From Octopus vulgaris (taxonomy: Eukaryota): a stretch of 64,000 nt of DNA. The notes beneath the pieces are model-generated. The model ran no database searches. It saw only the letters and a program-made list of their open reading frames with translations, and was not told where the DNA came from. Shown here one piece after another: positions 1 to 14,101 of the stretch. The translations under genes were made by a program, and so were the position numbers. Where the stretch lies: contig OX597838.1 of assembly GCA_951406725.2 (NCBI GenBank), positions 29,512,001 to 29,576,000 of the forward strand, in the 5' to 3' direction. Within the stretch, counting starts at the first letter, position 1, and every line of letters begins with the position of its first letter.

Positions 1-201
1 TTTATTAAGAATGACCATGAGATTACACCTAGGAAGTTACCATCCGAGGCACAAGTCTGGGTAAGGTTGTTTGTGGAAGACCAGCAGTTGCCTATGCATA
101 CCAGCCTCTCCTCTCCAGGCCACCAGTGTTATCCAAGGGAAAGGCAAAGGGGCCAATACAGCATGGCACCAGTGATGTCACAACTCATTTTCTACAGCTG
201 A
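1..201 (-). mobile_element. SINE-type repeat fragment (family D)
   Basis: gaagaccagcag..gggaaaggcaaaggggcc..tttctacagctgag is nearly identical to 4940-5075. Confidence 0.7.
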
Positions 202-329
202 GAATCTTCTTGTCTTATATATATATTCATTCATTTACTTATTTATAGTGAGATTAAAATCCTTATGCAGCTGAAAGATATATGATTGTTCTGTGATGAA
301 ATCATAGCGGAAAATGAGAAATAAGACCA

Positions 330-870
330 TCTAAAAGAACAATGGAATTTTACCAAAAGCCATATTTCAGAGAGCAACAACAACAACCACAACAATATCT
401 TATCGAAGCCACAATGACACTACACATCCAAGGAATATACAATTAAACAACTGAAGAACGAGACAAACCTCCAAGACAAGACAACATCACAGCAACCGAC
501 ATCTTAAAAGAAGCGGGAGAAACTGCGGTAAAGAAAGATCTTTGCCGAAATCTTCACGGGCTGCCTGGAGCAATGCAGGAATTCCTAAAGACTTGGAACG
601 ATGCACAAGTCATTCTTAGACGTAAAAGAAAGCGAGATAGAAGTAGAAGAGACCCAATAAGTTCTTGGTGCCACAGACCAAATATCCTCAAAGATCAAAG
701 CGTAAAGAGTTGTTAAAGGATTTTTTGAAAGAAAACCAACCACGCGAAGAGGTAAAATTTTCAGGCGATGTTTTTTTTTCTTTTTGTTTTTTTTTTCCTC
801 CACCATCAACGATTTACATGCCAGAACGAACTAAGCGAAAAATCGAGAGAGAATAATAGCATCCATCATA
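330..870 (+). mobile_element. Degenerate RTE-like LINE reverse transcriptase fragment
   Basis: Frameshifted peptides DILKEAGETAVK..FAEIFTGCLEQC..KTWNDAQVIL..KENQPREEVKF..EKSREN match the N-terminal RT domains of RTE ORF2. Confidence 0.75.
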
Positions 871-894
871 TGCAACAGAAAGAATCTGGTAACG

Positions 895-1092
895 CGTCAG
901 TAACTACGAAGAATATTCGAATTGATTCGATCAACGGAACGGCCCACTTACTCGTCGTGAAATTAACATGAAAAGTGGCCGAGAGCTCCATAGACACGCG
1001 TACTCTCAACGTAGTTCTCAGGAAGATTCAGTGTAACACAGAATGTGACGAGGATAGCCCTTTGAATCACGGGTACAACTCATTTTTGCCTA
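895..1092 (-). mobile_element. SINE family C, 3' fragment
   Basis: Diverged reverse complement of the 38600-38797 tail (tcaacggaac..gaaattaac..gtagttctcagga.gattcag). Confidence 0.6.
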
Positions 1093-1174
1093 ACAAAAAA
1101 GCAAACAGTTTGGACCCATGCATTTCAATGACGTTAAACAGTTACCATTATTCAAAGATATAAAAACCAGCTTC

Positions 1175-1689
1175 GGATCTTTTCCTTTTGAACAGCAGAT
1201 GTCAACACAATTTCTAGTTAATTGGCAATTTTAACCAATCGATTACCTCCATTCAACTAAAATCATTTGCTGCATCTAAAACTGAGACAACATCCTGTAA
1301 CTAACCCTAAACCTCCCCCCTAACCCTAACCCTAATTTTTTTTTTCTTAATTGTTAAATTAATTTAATTCCATTTCTTTAGTTTTTTTTACACACGTAAC
1401 AATTAAATTAATTTAGCAATTAAGAAAAAAAATTAGGGTTAGGGGGGAGGTTTAGGGTTAGTTACAGGATGTTGTCTCAGTTTTAGACGCAGCAAATGAT
1501 TTTAGCTCAAAAGAGAGCATAGGATTGGTTAAAATTCGAAAAATTAAACTACGTTAAACAAACAAATTACAATTTTCTCAAGAAAGCCAAGAGAAAAAAA
1601 TGTTTTATTTTGACACATTCTACCAGTATACGAAGTTTTAAAGTGTTTAGTTAACTAGAAATTGTCTGCCGTTCAAAAGGAAAAGATCC
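1175..1689. mobile_element. Non-autonomous DNA transposon with GGATC..GATCC termini and 8-bp TSD (Merlin-like)
   Basis: TIRs ggatcttttccttttgaac / gttcaaaaggaaaagatcc; flanking duplication ccagcttc; long internal inverted repeat. Confidence 0.85.
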
Positions 1690-1828
1690 CCAGCTTCCAC
1701 TCTTCATGCATACATACATACATACATACATTTACGTACGTATGTCATCACCATTATCACCATCAGCAGCATCCTTTAACGTCCATTTCCCATGTTACCA
1801 TGGGTTGTATGGAATATATGTATGTAAT

Positions 1829-2574
1829 CAGGGGTGGACAGAACAGTCGGTCAATCGGACACTGCCCGAGGGCCCGGAGCTCTGAGGCAGAATCGTTAGC
1901 ACGCCGGGCGAAATGCTAAGCGGTATTTCATCTGCCGCTACTTTCTGAGTTCAAATTCCGCCGAGGTCGACTTTGCCTTTCATCCTTTCGGGGTCGATTA
2001 AATAAGTACCAGTTACGCACTGGGGTCGATGTAATCGACTTAATCCGTGCATCTGTCCTTGTTTGTCCCCTCTGTGTTTAGCCCCTTGTGGGTAATAAAA
2101 AAACAGGTATTTCATCTGCCGTTACGTTCTGAGTTCAAATTCCGCCAAGGTCGACTTTGCCTTTCATCATTTTGGGGTCGATAAATTAAGTACCAGTTAC
2201 GCACTGGGGTCGATGTAATCGACTTGATACCTATGTCTGTCCTTGTTTGTCCTCTCTGTGTTTAGACCCTTGTGGGTATTTAAGAAATAGAAATGCTAAG
2301 TGGTATTTCGTCTGCCGTTACGTTCTGAGTTCAAATTCCGCCGAGGTCGACTTTGCCTTTCATCCTTTCGGGGTCGATTAAATAAGTACCAGTTATGCAC
2401 TGGAGTCGATATATTCGACTTAATCCCTTTGTCTGTCCTTGTTTGTCCTCTCTGTGTTTAGCTCCCAGTGGGCAATAAAGAAATATACATGTTAACCCTA
2501 CTAAACACACACATTCAAAGGGGCCCGGTAAACAGTTATGCCCGGGAGCCCTTAATACTCTCTGTCTGCCCCTT
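1829..2574. mobile_element. hAT-like MITE interrupted by a SINE trimer
   Basis: TIRs caggggtggacaga / tctgtctgcccctt; flanks tatgtaat / tatgtagt (8-bp TSD, 1 mismatch). Confidence 0.7.
1885..2484 (+). mobile_element. SINE family B, three tandem units
   Basis: tRNA-like head (ggcagaatcgttagc..gagttcaaattcc) plus core ctttcatcctttcggggtcgat and tail agccccttgtgggtaataaa, repeated 3 times. Confidence 0.85.
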
Positions 2575-2579
2575 TATGT

Positions 2580-4460
<1,881 letters not shown>

Positions 4461-4464
4461 CGTT

Positions 4465-4852
4465 TATTCTTTTACTTGTTTCAGTCATTTGACGGCGGCC
4501 ATGCTGGGGCACCACCTTTAGTCGAAAAAAGCGACCCCAGGACTTATTCTTTGTAAGCCTAGTACTTATTCTGTCGGTCTCTTTCGCTGAAACGCTAAGT
4601 TACGGTGACATCAACCCACCAACATCGGTTGTCAAGTGATGGTGGGGAAGGACAAACACACACACACACGCACATATATATATATATATATATATACGAC
4701 GGGCTTCTTTCAGTTTCCTTCTACGAAATCCACTCGAGGTTTTGGTTGACTTGAGGCTATAGTAGAAGACACTTGCCCAAGGTGCCATGCAGTGGGACTG
4801 AACGTGGAACCATATGGTTGTGAAGCAAGCTTAACTACACAGCCACTCCTGC
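4465..4852 (-). mobile_element. SINE family A (tRNA-like head, internal (TA)n(TG)n)
   Basis: Matches many copies in the window: gtggctgtgtggtaag..gttcagtcccactgc..accttgggcaagt..gactgaaacaagtaaaaga. Confidence 0.85.
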
Positions 4853-4934
4853 GATATATATTTTTTTTTCGTATCTTTTATTCTTTTACTTGTTTCAGTC
4901 ATTTAGACTGCGGCCATGCTAGAGCAAGAAATGC

Positions 4935-5180
4935 AAGATTGTTTATGGAAGACCAGCAGTCGCCCATGCATACAAGCCTAACCTCTCCAGGCCACCAATG
5001 TTATCCAAGGGAAAGGCAAAGGGGCCGGTACAGCTTGGCACCAGTGACGTCACAACTCGTTTCTACAGCTGAGTGAACTGGAGCAACGTGAAATAAAGTG
5101 TCTTGCTTAAAGAACACAACACACAACCGAGTCTGGGAATCGAACTCACAATCTCGTGATTGTGAACCCGACGCTGTAAC
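4935..5180 (-). mobile_element. SINE family D with tRNA-like head
   Basis: Same body as 1-201; B-box-like gttcgattccc near 5135-5146 on the minus strand. Confidence 0.7.
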
Positions 5181-5183
5181 CTC

Positions 5184-5573
5184 AGGCGCAGAAGTGGCTG
5201 TGTGGTAAGAAGCTTGCTTCCCAACCACATGGTTCAGGGTTCAGTCTCACTGTGTAGCACCTTGGGCAAGTGTCTTCTACTATTGTCTCGAGCCGACCAA
5301 AGCCTTGTGAGTGGATTTGGCAGAAGGAAACTGAAAGAAGCCCGTCATATATATGTGTGTGTGTGTGTGTGTGTGTTTATCCACCCATCATCATCTAACA
5401 ACCGATGTTGTTAAGTGTGTTTACGTCCCCGTAACTTAGCGGTTCGGCAGAAGAGACCAATAGAATAAGTACTAAGCTTACAAAGGACAAGTCCCGGTTT
5501 CGATTTGGTCGACTAAAAGCGGTGCTCCAGCGTGGCCGCAGTCAAATCACTGAAACGAATAAAAGAATAAAAG
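5184..5573 (+). mobile_element. SINE family A, full length
   Basis: Runs from ggcgcagaagtggctgtgtggtaag to ctgaaacgaataaaagaataaaaga. Confidence 0.85.
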
Positions 5574-5891
5574 AATGTGTATGCGTGTGTGTATGCATCC
5601 CTATTTTGCTCAAAAGTTAGGATGGTAAGATGTTGCGCTTTCCTCTCTTCCTCCACTTCCAGTATTCTTACCTAACCCCTTCTCATCCCTACACTCAACC
5701 ACCTCTCCCCCCACACACACACGCACACACTCATACACTCCTTTTCAATTTCTATTGCTTATTAAGCCAGCTGTAGGACTTCCGAAACAAACCTCATCAT
5801 CGTTCGATCGAAACACGATACAAGTCAGCCAAACCTTCGTCGCCATCGCCCCATTCCCAGTCAGTCAGCAGTCAGGCACTCTAGACTAGTA

Positions 5892-5931
<40 letters not shown>

Positions 5932-6230
5932 GCGTGCATGTACACATACATTACATACAAGCATGTGTACGTATATGTATGTAAATATATAATAAATATG
6001 TAAATATTGGCGGAGGCGTGGCTGTGTGTTAAGAACATTGCTTCCCAACCACAAAGTTCCGGGTTCATTCCCACTGCGTGGCACCTTGACCATGTGTCCA
6101 CCAATAAAGCTCTGATCCGACCAAAGCCTTTTGAGTGAATTTTGGTAGAAGGAAACTGAAATATTATTTATTATTTAAACTGAACGCGACGCATCCATTT
6201 CCAAACAAGTCTATATATATATATATATAC

Positions 6231-6631
6231 ACTTTCACTTGCTTTAGTCATTTGACTGTGGCCATGCTGGAGCACCGCCTTTAGTCGAGCAAATCGACCC
6301 CACGACTTATTCTTTGTGAGCCTAGTACTTATTCTATCGGTCTCTTTTGCGGAACCGCTAAGTTACGGGGACGTAAACACACCAGCATCGGTTGTGAAAC
6401 GATGTTGGGGGGACAAACACAGACACACAAACATATACACACACACATACATATATACATATATATACGACGGGCTTCTTTCAGTTTCCATCTACCGAAT
6501 CCACTCACAAGGCTTTGGTCGGCCCGAGGCTATAGTAGAAAACACTTGCCCAAGGTGCCACGCAGTGGAACTGAATCCGGAACCATGTGGTTGGTAAGCA
6601 AGCTACTTACCACACAGCCACTACTACGCCT
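6231..6631 (-). mobile_element. SINE family A, full length (partial copies at 6009-6160 and 6680-6845)
   Basis: High identity to the other family A copies. Confidence 0.85.
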
Positions 6632-7051
6632 ATATATATATATACATACACACACACACACATACACACACACACACACACGACTGGTGTTGGTCTTTTT
6701 ACGTTTCCATAGCTTAACGGTTGGGCAAAATGGACCGATAGAATAAGTAACAGACTTTAATAACTAAATAAGTCCTGGTGTTAATTTGTTCGATAAAAAA
6801 ACCTTCCAGACGGTGCTCCAGCATGGCCAAACTTTCAAAGTGACTCAAAGGAAGATTGTTTTTTTGTTTTTGTTTTTTGTTTTTTTGCATGGCACTTACC
6901 AAATTAATGTAGGAAACTCTTCGACCTTGAATCGCTTTATAACTTTTGCGCCGATATAAAATTTTATTTTAAAAATACTTCTCTGCTTCATTAAGACAGA
7001 CAGACCTTGGGCTAAAAAAACCCATAAAATTATCATCAAATACCCAGACAG

Positions 7052-7084
<33 letters not shown>

Positions 7085-7564
7085 TACACACACACACGCA
7101 AACATACGCGCGCGCGCGTTATATCTGGAACCACCCCTTCACATAGACCTATGTACTTCACGTAAATACTCGACGCGCATACGCACACCTCCACCTTCTC
7201 ATACGCCCTCGTACTCACACTCACACACGCATTATACCTCATCCTACCCTATCATACAAACACAAACGCCTACAAATACAGACTAAAACACACGCACCAC
7301 ACTCAATCGAATAAAGCGCACGTATTACATTTCACATTCTCACACACACACACACGCGCGTGGTCACGTGGCACATCTGTTTCCGTCCCACGATCAATCT
7401 ATCGACATTTCATACAAGAGGCTTTCAAACTGAAAAAGGACATGTGGTTCTTTCAACAATCAATACATTACATTATGTGTGGCCGTGCGGTAAGAGATTT
7501 GCTTCTCAACCACATGGTTCCAGGTCCAGTCCCACTGCGTGGCTAGAAACTGAAAGAAGACCGT

Positions 7565-7607
<43 letters not shown>

Positions 7608-7621
7608 CGATAAACGTCGCC

Positions 7622-7920
7622 CTTTTTAAGCCTAGCCAGGCTCATGAGCCCGGTTTCCCGGTTTCTGTGGCGTATGTGTTCCCCCCAGCTGGACGGGACG
7701 CCAGTCCATCGCAGCGTTACTCAAGAAACAGGAAGAGAGAGTGAGAGAAAGTTGGAGCGAAAGAGTACAACAGGGGGTCACCACCACCCCCTGCCGGAGC
7801 CTCGTGGAGCTTTTAGGTGTTTTCGCTCAATAAACACACACAACGCCCGGTCTGGGAATCGAAACCGCGGTCCTCCGACCGCGAGTCTGCTGCCCTAACC
7901 ACTGAACCATTGCACCTCCA
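7622..7920 (-). mobile_element. SINE family C (tRNA-derived head)
   Basis: Reverse complement of the ggaggcgcaatgg..gtggttagg..ttcgattcccagaccgggcg head also seen at 36918 and 38413. Confidence 0.8.
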
Positions 7921-8659
7921 CACATACACATATATATTCGACGTACCCAGTAATTCCCGGGAAAGCGGAGCTTATCCCTTGGTTCCGTTCTCATAACTGT
8001 TTCGCTAATCCAACAATGTGGCCCTTAAAACGGTTTTTGTGCATTTACAGAGTATACGGAACTGTCTTACACAGGATCTTGTTTTTAGAAATTCCCAATA
8101 AGTTAAGAATACCCAAATTGTGAAGTCAGTTATGTAATAACACTAAATTAGTTAGCCGATAGTAAGAATTCAAATAAAGTAGCCCCGAAAAGGGCTTTAA
8201 TGCGTTATCAGAGTATATAGAACTTGGTATGTATACTAAAATCGTGAAGCACGTTACGTAATAACAGGCTAACCAGATATGAGATAATAACAATTAAAAG
8301 TAAATAACTCTGAAATGGGCTTTTGTGCGTTCCCAGAGAATATTACCCTCTGGGGCGCTAGTGTTGGTATATTCGTGAATAAGTCACTAACCGAAATAAG
8401 TGGATCTATTGTTTAGGAAAATACTATCTACTTGTACTGGATAAATTGCGAAAATAACTCTAACAGTTCAAATACTAAGAAATAAGCATACTCAATTTCA
8501 TTTTTACCACACACACACACACACACACGCACACACACACACATATTTATACGACAGGTTTCTTTCAGTTTCCGTCTGCTAAATCCAGTCATTGAACCCA
8601 AAACCACGTTGTTTGGAGGCAATCTACTTATCACACAGCCAAGCCTGCGCCTCATGAAG

Positions 8660-9300
8660 ATTTTTCTTTTAAAGCTATGGGGAAAACCACGGTCAATCGT
8701 AATAAAAATTTTGAGCGGATAGTATTCGCCTTTCCGCGTTTAAAGAGTTAAAACAAATAGGCCATTATGGTTTTCAGTGACAAGGGCGTTTCAAGGCTGA
8801 TCGTGTGCCGGGCCAAGATGACGAGCGTCTAGAAAGACCAAACAGCGGCAAAACGCCGAAAAACACGTGAGGAGAGGAGATTTGGGACGAAAATGAAGCA
8901 AAAAGTCATCAACTGTGATACAGCTGTGATTAGGTTGACGCATCATGACAACGCGGCCGCTCACACACCTTCGCTCAAAACGACTCAGACTTCAAGAACA
9001 AAACGGCAGTCGTTCTACACCCACCGTACTCGTTTGACCCATTCTCTCTTCCATTCCCTCCACTTGGGGGATTTCAACGTGTTTCTTATACCCCCAAGAA
9101 CGAAATCGAAACTGAAGGAGCGCCGCTTGGAGTCGGCCGATGAAATTCTAACTGAATCGTAGCAAGCGCTGTTGGACAGCTTCACAAGAAGGATTTTTAC
9201 AGTACCTTGTAAGACACGAACGCGGAAGACGTGCAAGAATCGCTTTGTACGTTCCCGAGGAGTCTTAGTTCCATAGAAGAGAATGGTTTCCGACGATAAA
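8660..9300 (+). mobile_element. Decayed mariner-type transposase fragment
   Basis: HHDNAAAHT..KSKLKERRLESADEI peptide resembles the mariner catalytic region (HHDNAxxH..LKGxRF); stops and frameshifts present. Confidence 0.65.
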
Positions 9301-9305
9301 TATAT

Positions 9306-9522
9306 ACTCTTTTACTTGTTTCAGTCATTTGACTGCGGCCATGCTGGAGCACCGCCTTTAGTCGAGCAAATCGACCCCGGGACTTATTCTTTGTAAGCCC
9401 AGTACTTATTCTATCGGTCTCTTTAGCCGAACCGCTAGGTGACGGGGACGCAAACACACCAGCATCGGTTGTCAAGCAATGCTAGGGGGACAAACACAGA
9501 CACACAAACATATATACACAAC

Positions 9523-9585
<63 letters not shown>

Positions 9586-9751
9586 TACGACAGGCTTCTT
9601 TCGGTTTCCGTCTACCAAATCCACTCACAAGGCATTGGTCGGCCCGGGGCTATAGCTGAAGACACTTGCCCAAGATGCCACGCAGTGGGACTGAACTCGG
9701 AACCATATGGTTGGTAAGCAAGCTACTTACCACACAGCCACTCCTGCGCCT
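9306..9751 (-). mobile_element. SINE family A, full length
   Basis: Near-identical to the copies at 34360, 59668 and 61576. Confidence 0.88.
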
Positions 9752-9960
9752 GTATATTCAAATTATATTATTTATCAGGTCACTGGGGTACCTTCTTTTT
9801 CAGGCCCCATCCAGGAACTTAGTGAACCCAACACGTGTGAATATATTTTTAATATGTGCAATTCTACAAGTGCCAACGCACAAAACACTCGTCACCTCAT
9901 TCACTTTCTAACCTCTGCTGATTATAAAAACAAAAACAAAAAATGATAATAAACGTATAT

Positions 9961-10136
9961 AGGCGCAGGCGTGGCTGTGTGGTAAGAAGCTTGCTTCCCA
10001 ACCACATGATACCAAGTTCAGTCCCATTGCGTGGCACCTTGGGCAAGTATCTTTTATTATAGCTTCGAGCCGACCAAAGTCTTGTGAGTGGATTTGGAAG
10101 ACGAAATCTCAAAGAAACCGGTCATATATATATATG

Positions 10137-10175
<39 letters not shown>

Positions 10176-10385
10176 ACGTATGTATTTGTGCGTCTGTGTT
10201 TGTGCCCACACCATCGCTGATGTTGGTGTGTATACGTCCCCGTAAGCTAGCGGTTCGGCAAAAGACCGATATATAATAAGCACTAGGTTTGCAAAGAATA
10301 CGTCCTGCGGTCGATTTGTTCGACTAAAGGCGGTGCTCCAACATGACCGCAGTCAAATGACTGAAACAAGTAAAAGAATAAGAGA
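9961..10385 (+). mobile_element. SINE family A, full length
   Basis: Head aggcgcaggcgtggctgtgtggtaag; tail gactgaaacaagtaaaaga. Confidence 0.85.
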
Positions 10386-10416
10386 ATATATATACACACA
10401 TATATATATATACACA

Positions 10417-10496
<80 letters not shown>

Positions 10497-10640
10497 TTCT
10501 TTTATTCTTCTACTTGTTTCAGTCATTTTGACTGTGGCCATGCTGGAGTACCGTCTTTAGTCAAGCAAATAGACCTCCAGGACTTATTCTTTGTAAGCCT
10601 AGTACTTGTTCAACCGGTGTGTATATATATATATATTTAT

Positions 10641-10690
<50 letters not shown>

Positions 10691-11183
10691 ATATATATAT
10701 ATTTATATACATACATATATATATATGTGTGTATATATATATATTTATATACATACATATATATGTGTGTGAGTATATAAATATATATATATATATATAT
10801 TCTATGTCTTTCTCTTCTTTTCACTTTCTCTCAATCTTTCAATGACTTCATTCCGTTTCTCCTCCTTCTCTCCCCCTCCTCTCTCTCTCTCTCTCTCCAA
10901 CGAGCGTGTAACGACAGGGGAAACTAGTCGAGTTGTTCCTCACTCGGGTCAACACACCAACGTGAATGTATATTACAAACGTAGCCATACACATATGTCT
11001 CCTTTATGATTAATTATAGAGCATTCTCAATGAATAATTGCCTCGAAGTAGAGGAATTGGGGTGTGTTTTGTGAGGCTCGAGTGTGTACGTGAGAGAGTG
11101 TGTGTGTATGTGAGAGAGAGTGTGTGTGTGTGAGAGAGAGTGTGTGTGTGTGTGAGAGAGAGAGAGTGTGTGTGTGTGTGAGA

Positions 11184-11303
<120 letters not shown>

Positions 11304-11644
11304 GTGTGTGTGTGTGTGTGTGTGTGGTATTTCTCCCCTAGGTAATATGGATGAAATAACTATGTGAATCAGGTATAGCAAATGAAGAAATAGACCGTAG
11401 AGGTGTCGTCTGCACTGGATAAGTGTCGTGTGAGAGAGAGAGAGAGGGGGGGAGAGAGAAAGAGACAGCCAAACGACAAACGGAATGTTTGTGTGTGTTT
11501 AGTAAACAGAAACAACCAGAACAAATGGATAAAAGAAATACTTTTTTTACACAGACAGACACACACACACATGCACACATACATAGACACACAAAAATAT
11601 TAACACACATACGCACACACACACAGAGATACCAAGAAATACGC

Positions 11645-11806
11645 ATCGTAGTGGCCGTGTGGTAAGTAGCTTGGTTACGAACCACATGGTTCCGGGTTCG
11701 GTCCCACTGCGTGGCACCTTGGGCAAGTGTCTTCTGCTATAGCCTCGGGCCGACCAAAGCCTTGTGAGTGGATTTGGTAGACGGAAACTGAACGAAGCCC
11801 GTCGTA

Positions 11807-11859
<53 letters not shown>

Positions 11860-12010
11860 ATGTTTATGTGTTGTGTTTACGTTCCCGTAACTTAGCGGTT
11901 CGGCAAAAGAATAAGTACTAGACTTACAAAGAATAAGTCCTGGGGTCGATTTCCTCGACTAAAGGCGGTGCTCCAGCATGGCCACAGTCAAATGACTGAA
12001 ACAAGTAAAT
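11645..12010 (+). mobile_element. SINE family A
   Basis: Matches the family A consensus. Confidence 0.85.
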
Positions 12011-12283
12011 GTGAAATGAGATACATGCAGACAGACAGGCGGATATATACATACAGTCACACACACACACACAGACAGACAAACACATAAACCAAGAAAG
12101 AGTTAAAAGAGAAAAGCGACCTCAACCACTGGGCCATTGCGCCTCCACACACGGTAGCTAAACCTGTAACATGTAGAATCCTCCATATTACTATAAACGA
12201 CTACAAAATAGATTTCTTGCATTAAAAAAAAATATGATTCCGTGATATCAATCTCTTAATCCTGTATTAAGATTTATCTATAC

Positions 12284-12484
12284 CAGTGCTTTTCAACCTT
12301 TTTGCTGGAGCGGAACCCCAAGGAAACATTCCACTGGCTCGAGGAACCCCTGTGCAATAATTTAATAGTCTTATGCACACATATCTGCACAGGAGACTTG
12401 AAAATTACTGCCGATTTTAGCAGTTTTGTAACTTCTTGCGGAACCCCTGCACTGTACTGGCGGAAACCTGGTTGAAAACCACTG
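12284..12484. mobile_element. hAT (Charlie-like) MITE
   Basis: TIRs cagtgcttttcaacc / ggttgaaaaccactg; flanks atctatac / atctataa; internal gcggaacccc repeats. Confidence 0.82.
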
Positions 12485-12775
12485 ATCTATAATGCCATTT
12501 TGTTTGTTTTTTAATCTTAAACAGATACACAAAGACTGAAAGAAAACGATTGCCAATACAATTGGCCGAAATGGAAGGGATCCTCCGAAAGCTGTCTGAT
12601 GAAGATAAAGATTCTTTCGGAGTCATTTTGACTCATAGGGCCGGTTTTCTGAGTTTTGTGGTGGATATATTACTCCCTGGACGGGATGCCATTCCATCGT
12701 AGGATGACTCATTTTAGCCAGTTGGTGGACTGGCGCAACGGGAAATGAATCGTTTTGCTCAAGAACACAATGCAG

Positions 12776-13206
12776 GGATCTGTTCGGTTTGAACAGCAGT
12801 TTTTTAAAATAATCTCCACGTAACTAAACACTTTTAAACTTCGTATACTGGTAGAATGTGTTTATAAAACATCTTTTTCTCTTGGCTTTATTGAGAAAAT
12901 TCTATAGTTTGTAAGATATCTGTTGTTGTTTTGTTTTTCTTCAATTTCTGCAATTTCAACCAATCAATGACGTCCATTGAGGTAAAAAAAAAACATTCTG
13001 TGCCGTATGAATATGTCCCTCGTTTAAGAAACAGATTGGGTTTATTTACATTTGTGAAGATAAAAAAAGATACCCCTCCCCCCCACCCCTAACCCTAACC
13101 CTAAAACAAATTGAAATGTAATAGATCGATACTAGGGTCATAATTATAGGTGACAATTTCATATGACACCGCTAGAAAAAAACTGCCGTTCAAACCGAAA
13201 AGATCC
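12776..13206. mobile_element. Second GGATC-ended non-autonomous transposon, 8-bp TSD
   Basis: TIRs ggatctgttcggtttgaac / gttcaaaccgaaaagatcc; perfect TSD caatgcag; internal (CCCTAA)3; subterminal region related to 1175-1689. Confidence 0.85.
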
Positions 13207-13439
13207 CAATGCAGTGCCCCAGTATGGCCGCAATCTGATGACTAAAACAGACAGAAGATAAAAGATGCTGCAAGAAGAGACCACAGCCCCGGTGATACTT
13301 TTTACGGAAGATAATTTTTCAGATTCTTCAAACCTCCCATACACTTCACGTATTTCATCATTCGAAACCACAACCTTACTACGATCGTCAGTCCAACACC
13401 CTAACTACTAAAAGCACGCGCCCCACCACCCGAAGGATT

Positions 13440-13660
13440 TCTTGAGTAACGTTACTCGACAGGGTACGTAGCTCGGAGATCAAGGAGTCACTCCAGATCG
13501 ATTCACTATTTCTCTGCATTTAGAGGTACCACGGGCATGTGATTAGAAAGTCGCAGAAAAGAACCACAAGACAGACTCTTCAAAATGAGCCAACTGCCTG
13601 TGGGTAGACCAAGAGTCCAAGAATGAGATGGCTGGATATGATATCCATAGTCTGAGTTGG
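13440..13660 (+). mobile_element. RTE LINE C-terminal fragment
   Basis: YHGHVIRKSQ..PVGRPR..RWLD motif typical of the end of RTE ORF2. Confidence 0.65.
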
Positions 13661-14101
13661 TCTTGTTTATCCCCTCTATGTTTAGCCCCTTGTGGGCAAT
13701 AAAGAAATAACAATATAGGGGTTCTCCTTTTGCGTAGGACTTTTTAAACTGATTATCCGTTTCCAATGAAATATAATACTTATTTCTTTATTACCCACAA
13801 GGGGCTAAACACAGAGGGGACAAACAAGGACAGACATAGGTATTAAGTCGATTACATCGACCCCAGTGCGTAACTGGTACTTGTGGGTAATAAAGAAATA
13901 GGTATTTCGTCTGCCGTTACGTTGTGAGTTCAAATTCCGCCGAGGTCGACTTTACCTTTCATCCTTTCGGGGTCGATAAATTTATCGACCCCGAAAGGAT
14001 GAAAGGTAAAGTCGACCTCGGCGGAATTTGAACTCACAACGTAACGGCAAACGAAATACCGCTAAGCATTTCGCCCGGCGTGCTAACGTTTCTGCCAACT
14101 C
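13660..14101. mobile_element. Rearranged SINE family B cluster with spacer-less palindrome
   Basis: Arms 13903-13980 and 13981-14058 are reverse complements. Confidence 0.85.

Noticed and set aside
1300-1465. Telomere or chromosome-fusion site
   Set aside because: Only a few TTAGGG/CCCTAA units, all inside a TIR- and TSD-bounded element.
12520-12700. Possible plus-strand exon after ..aaacag (LAEMEGILRKLSDEDKDSF)
   Set aside because: Runs into a SINE fragment; no homology recognised.
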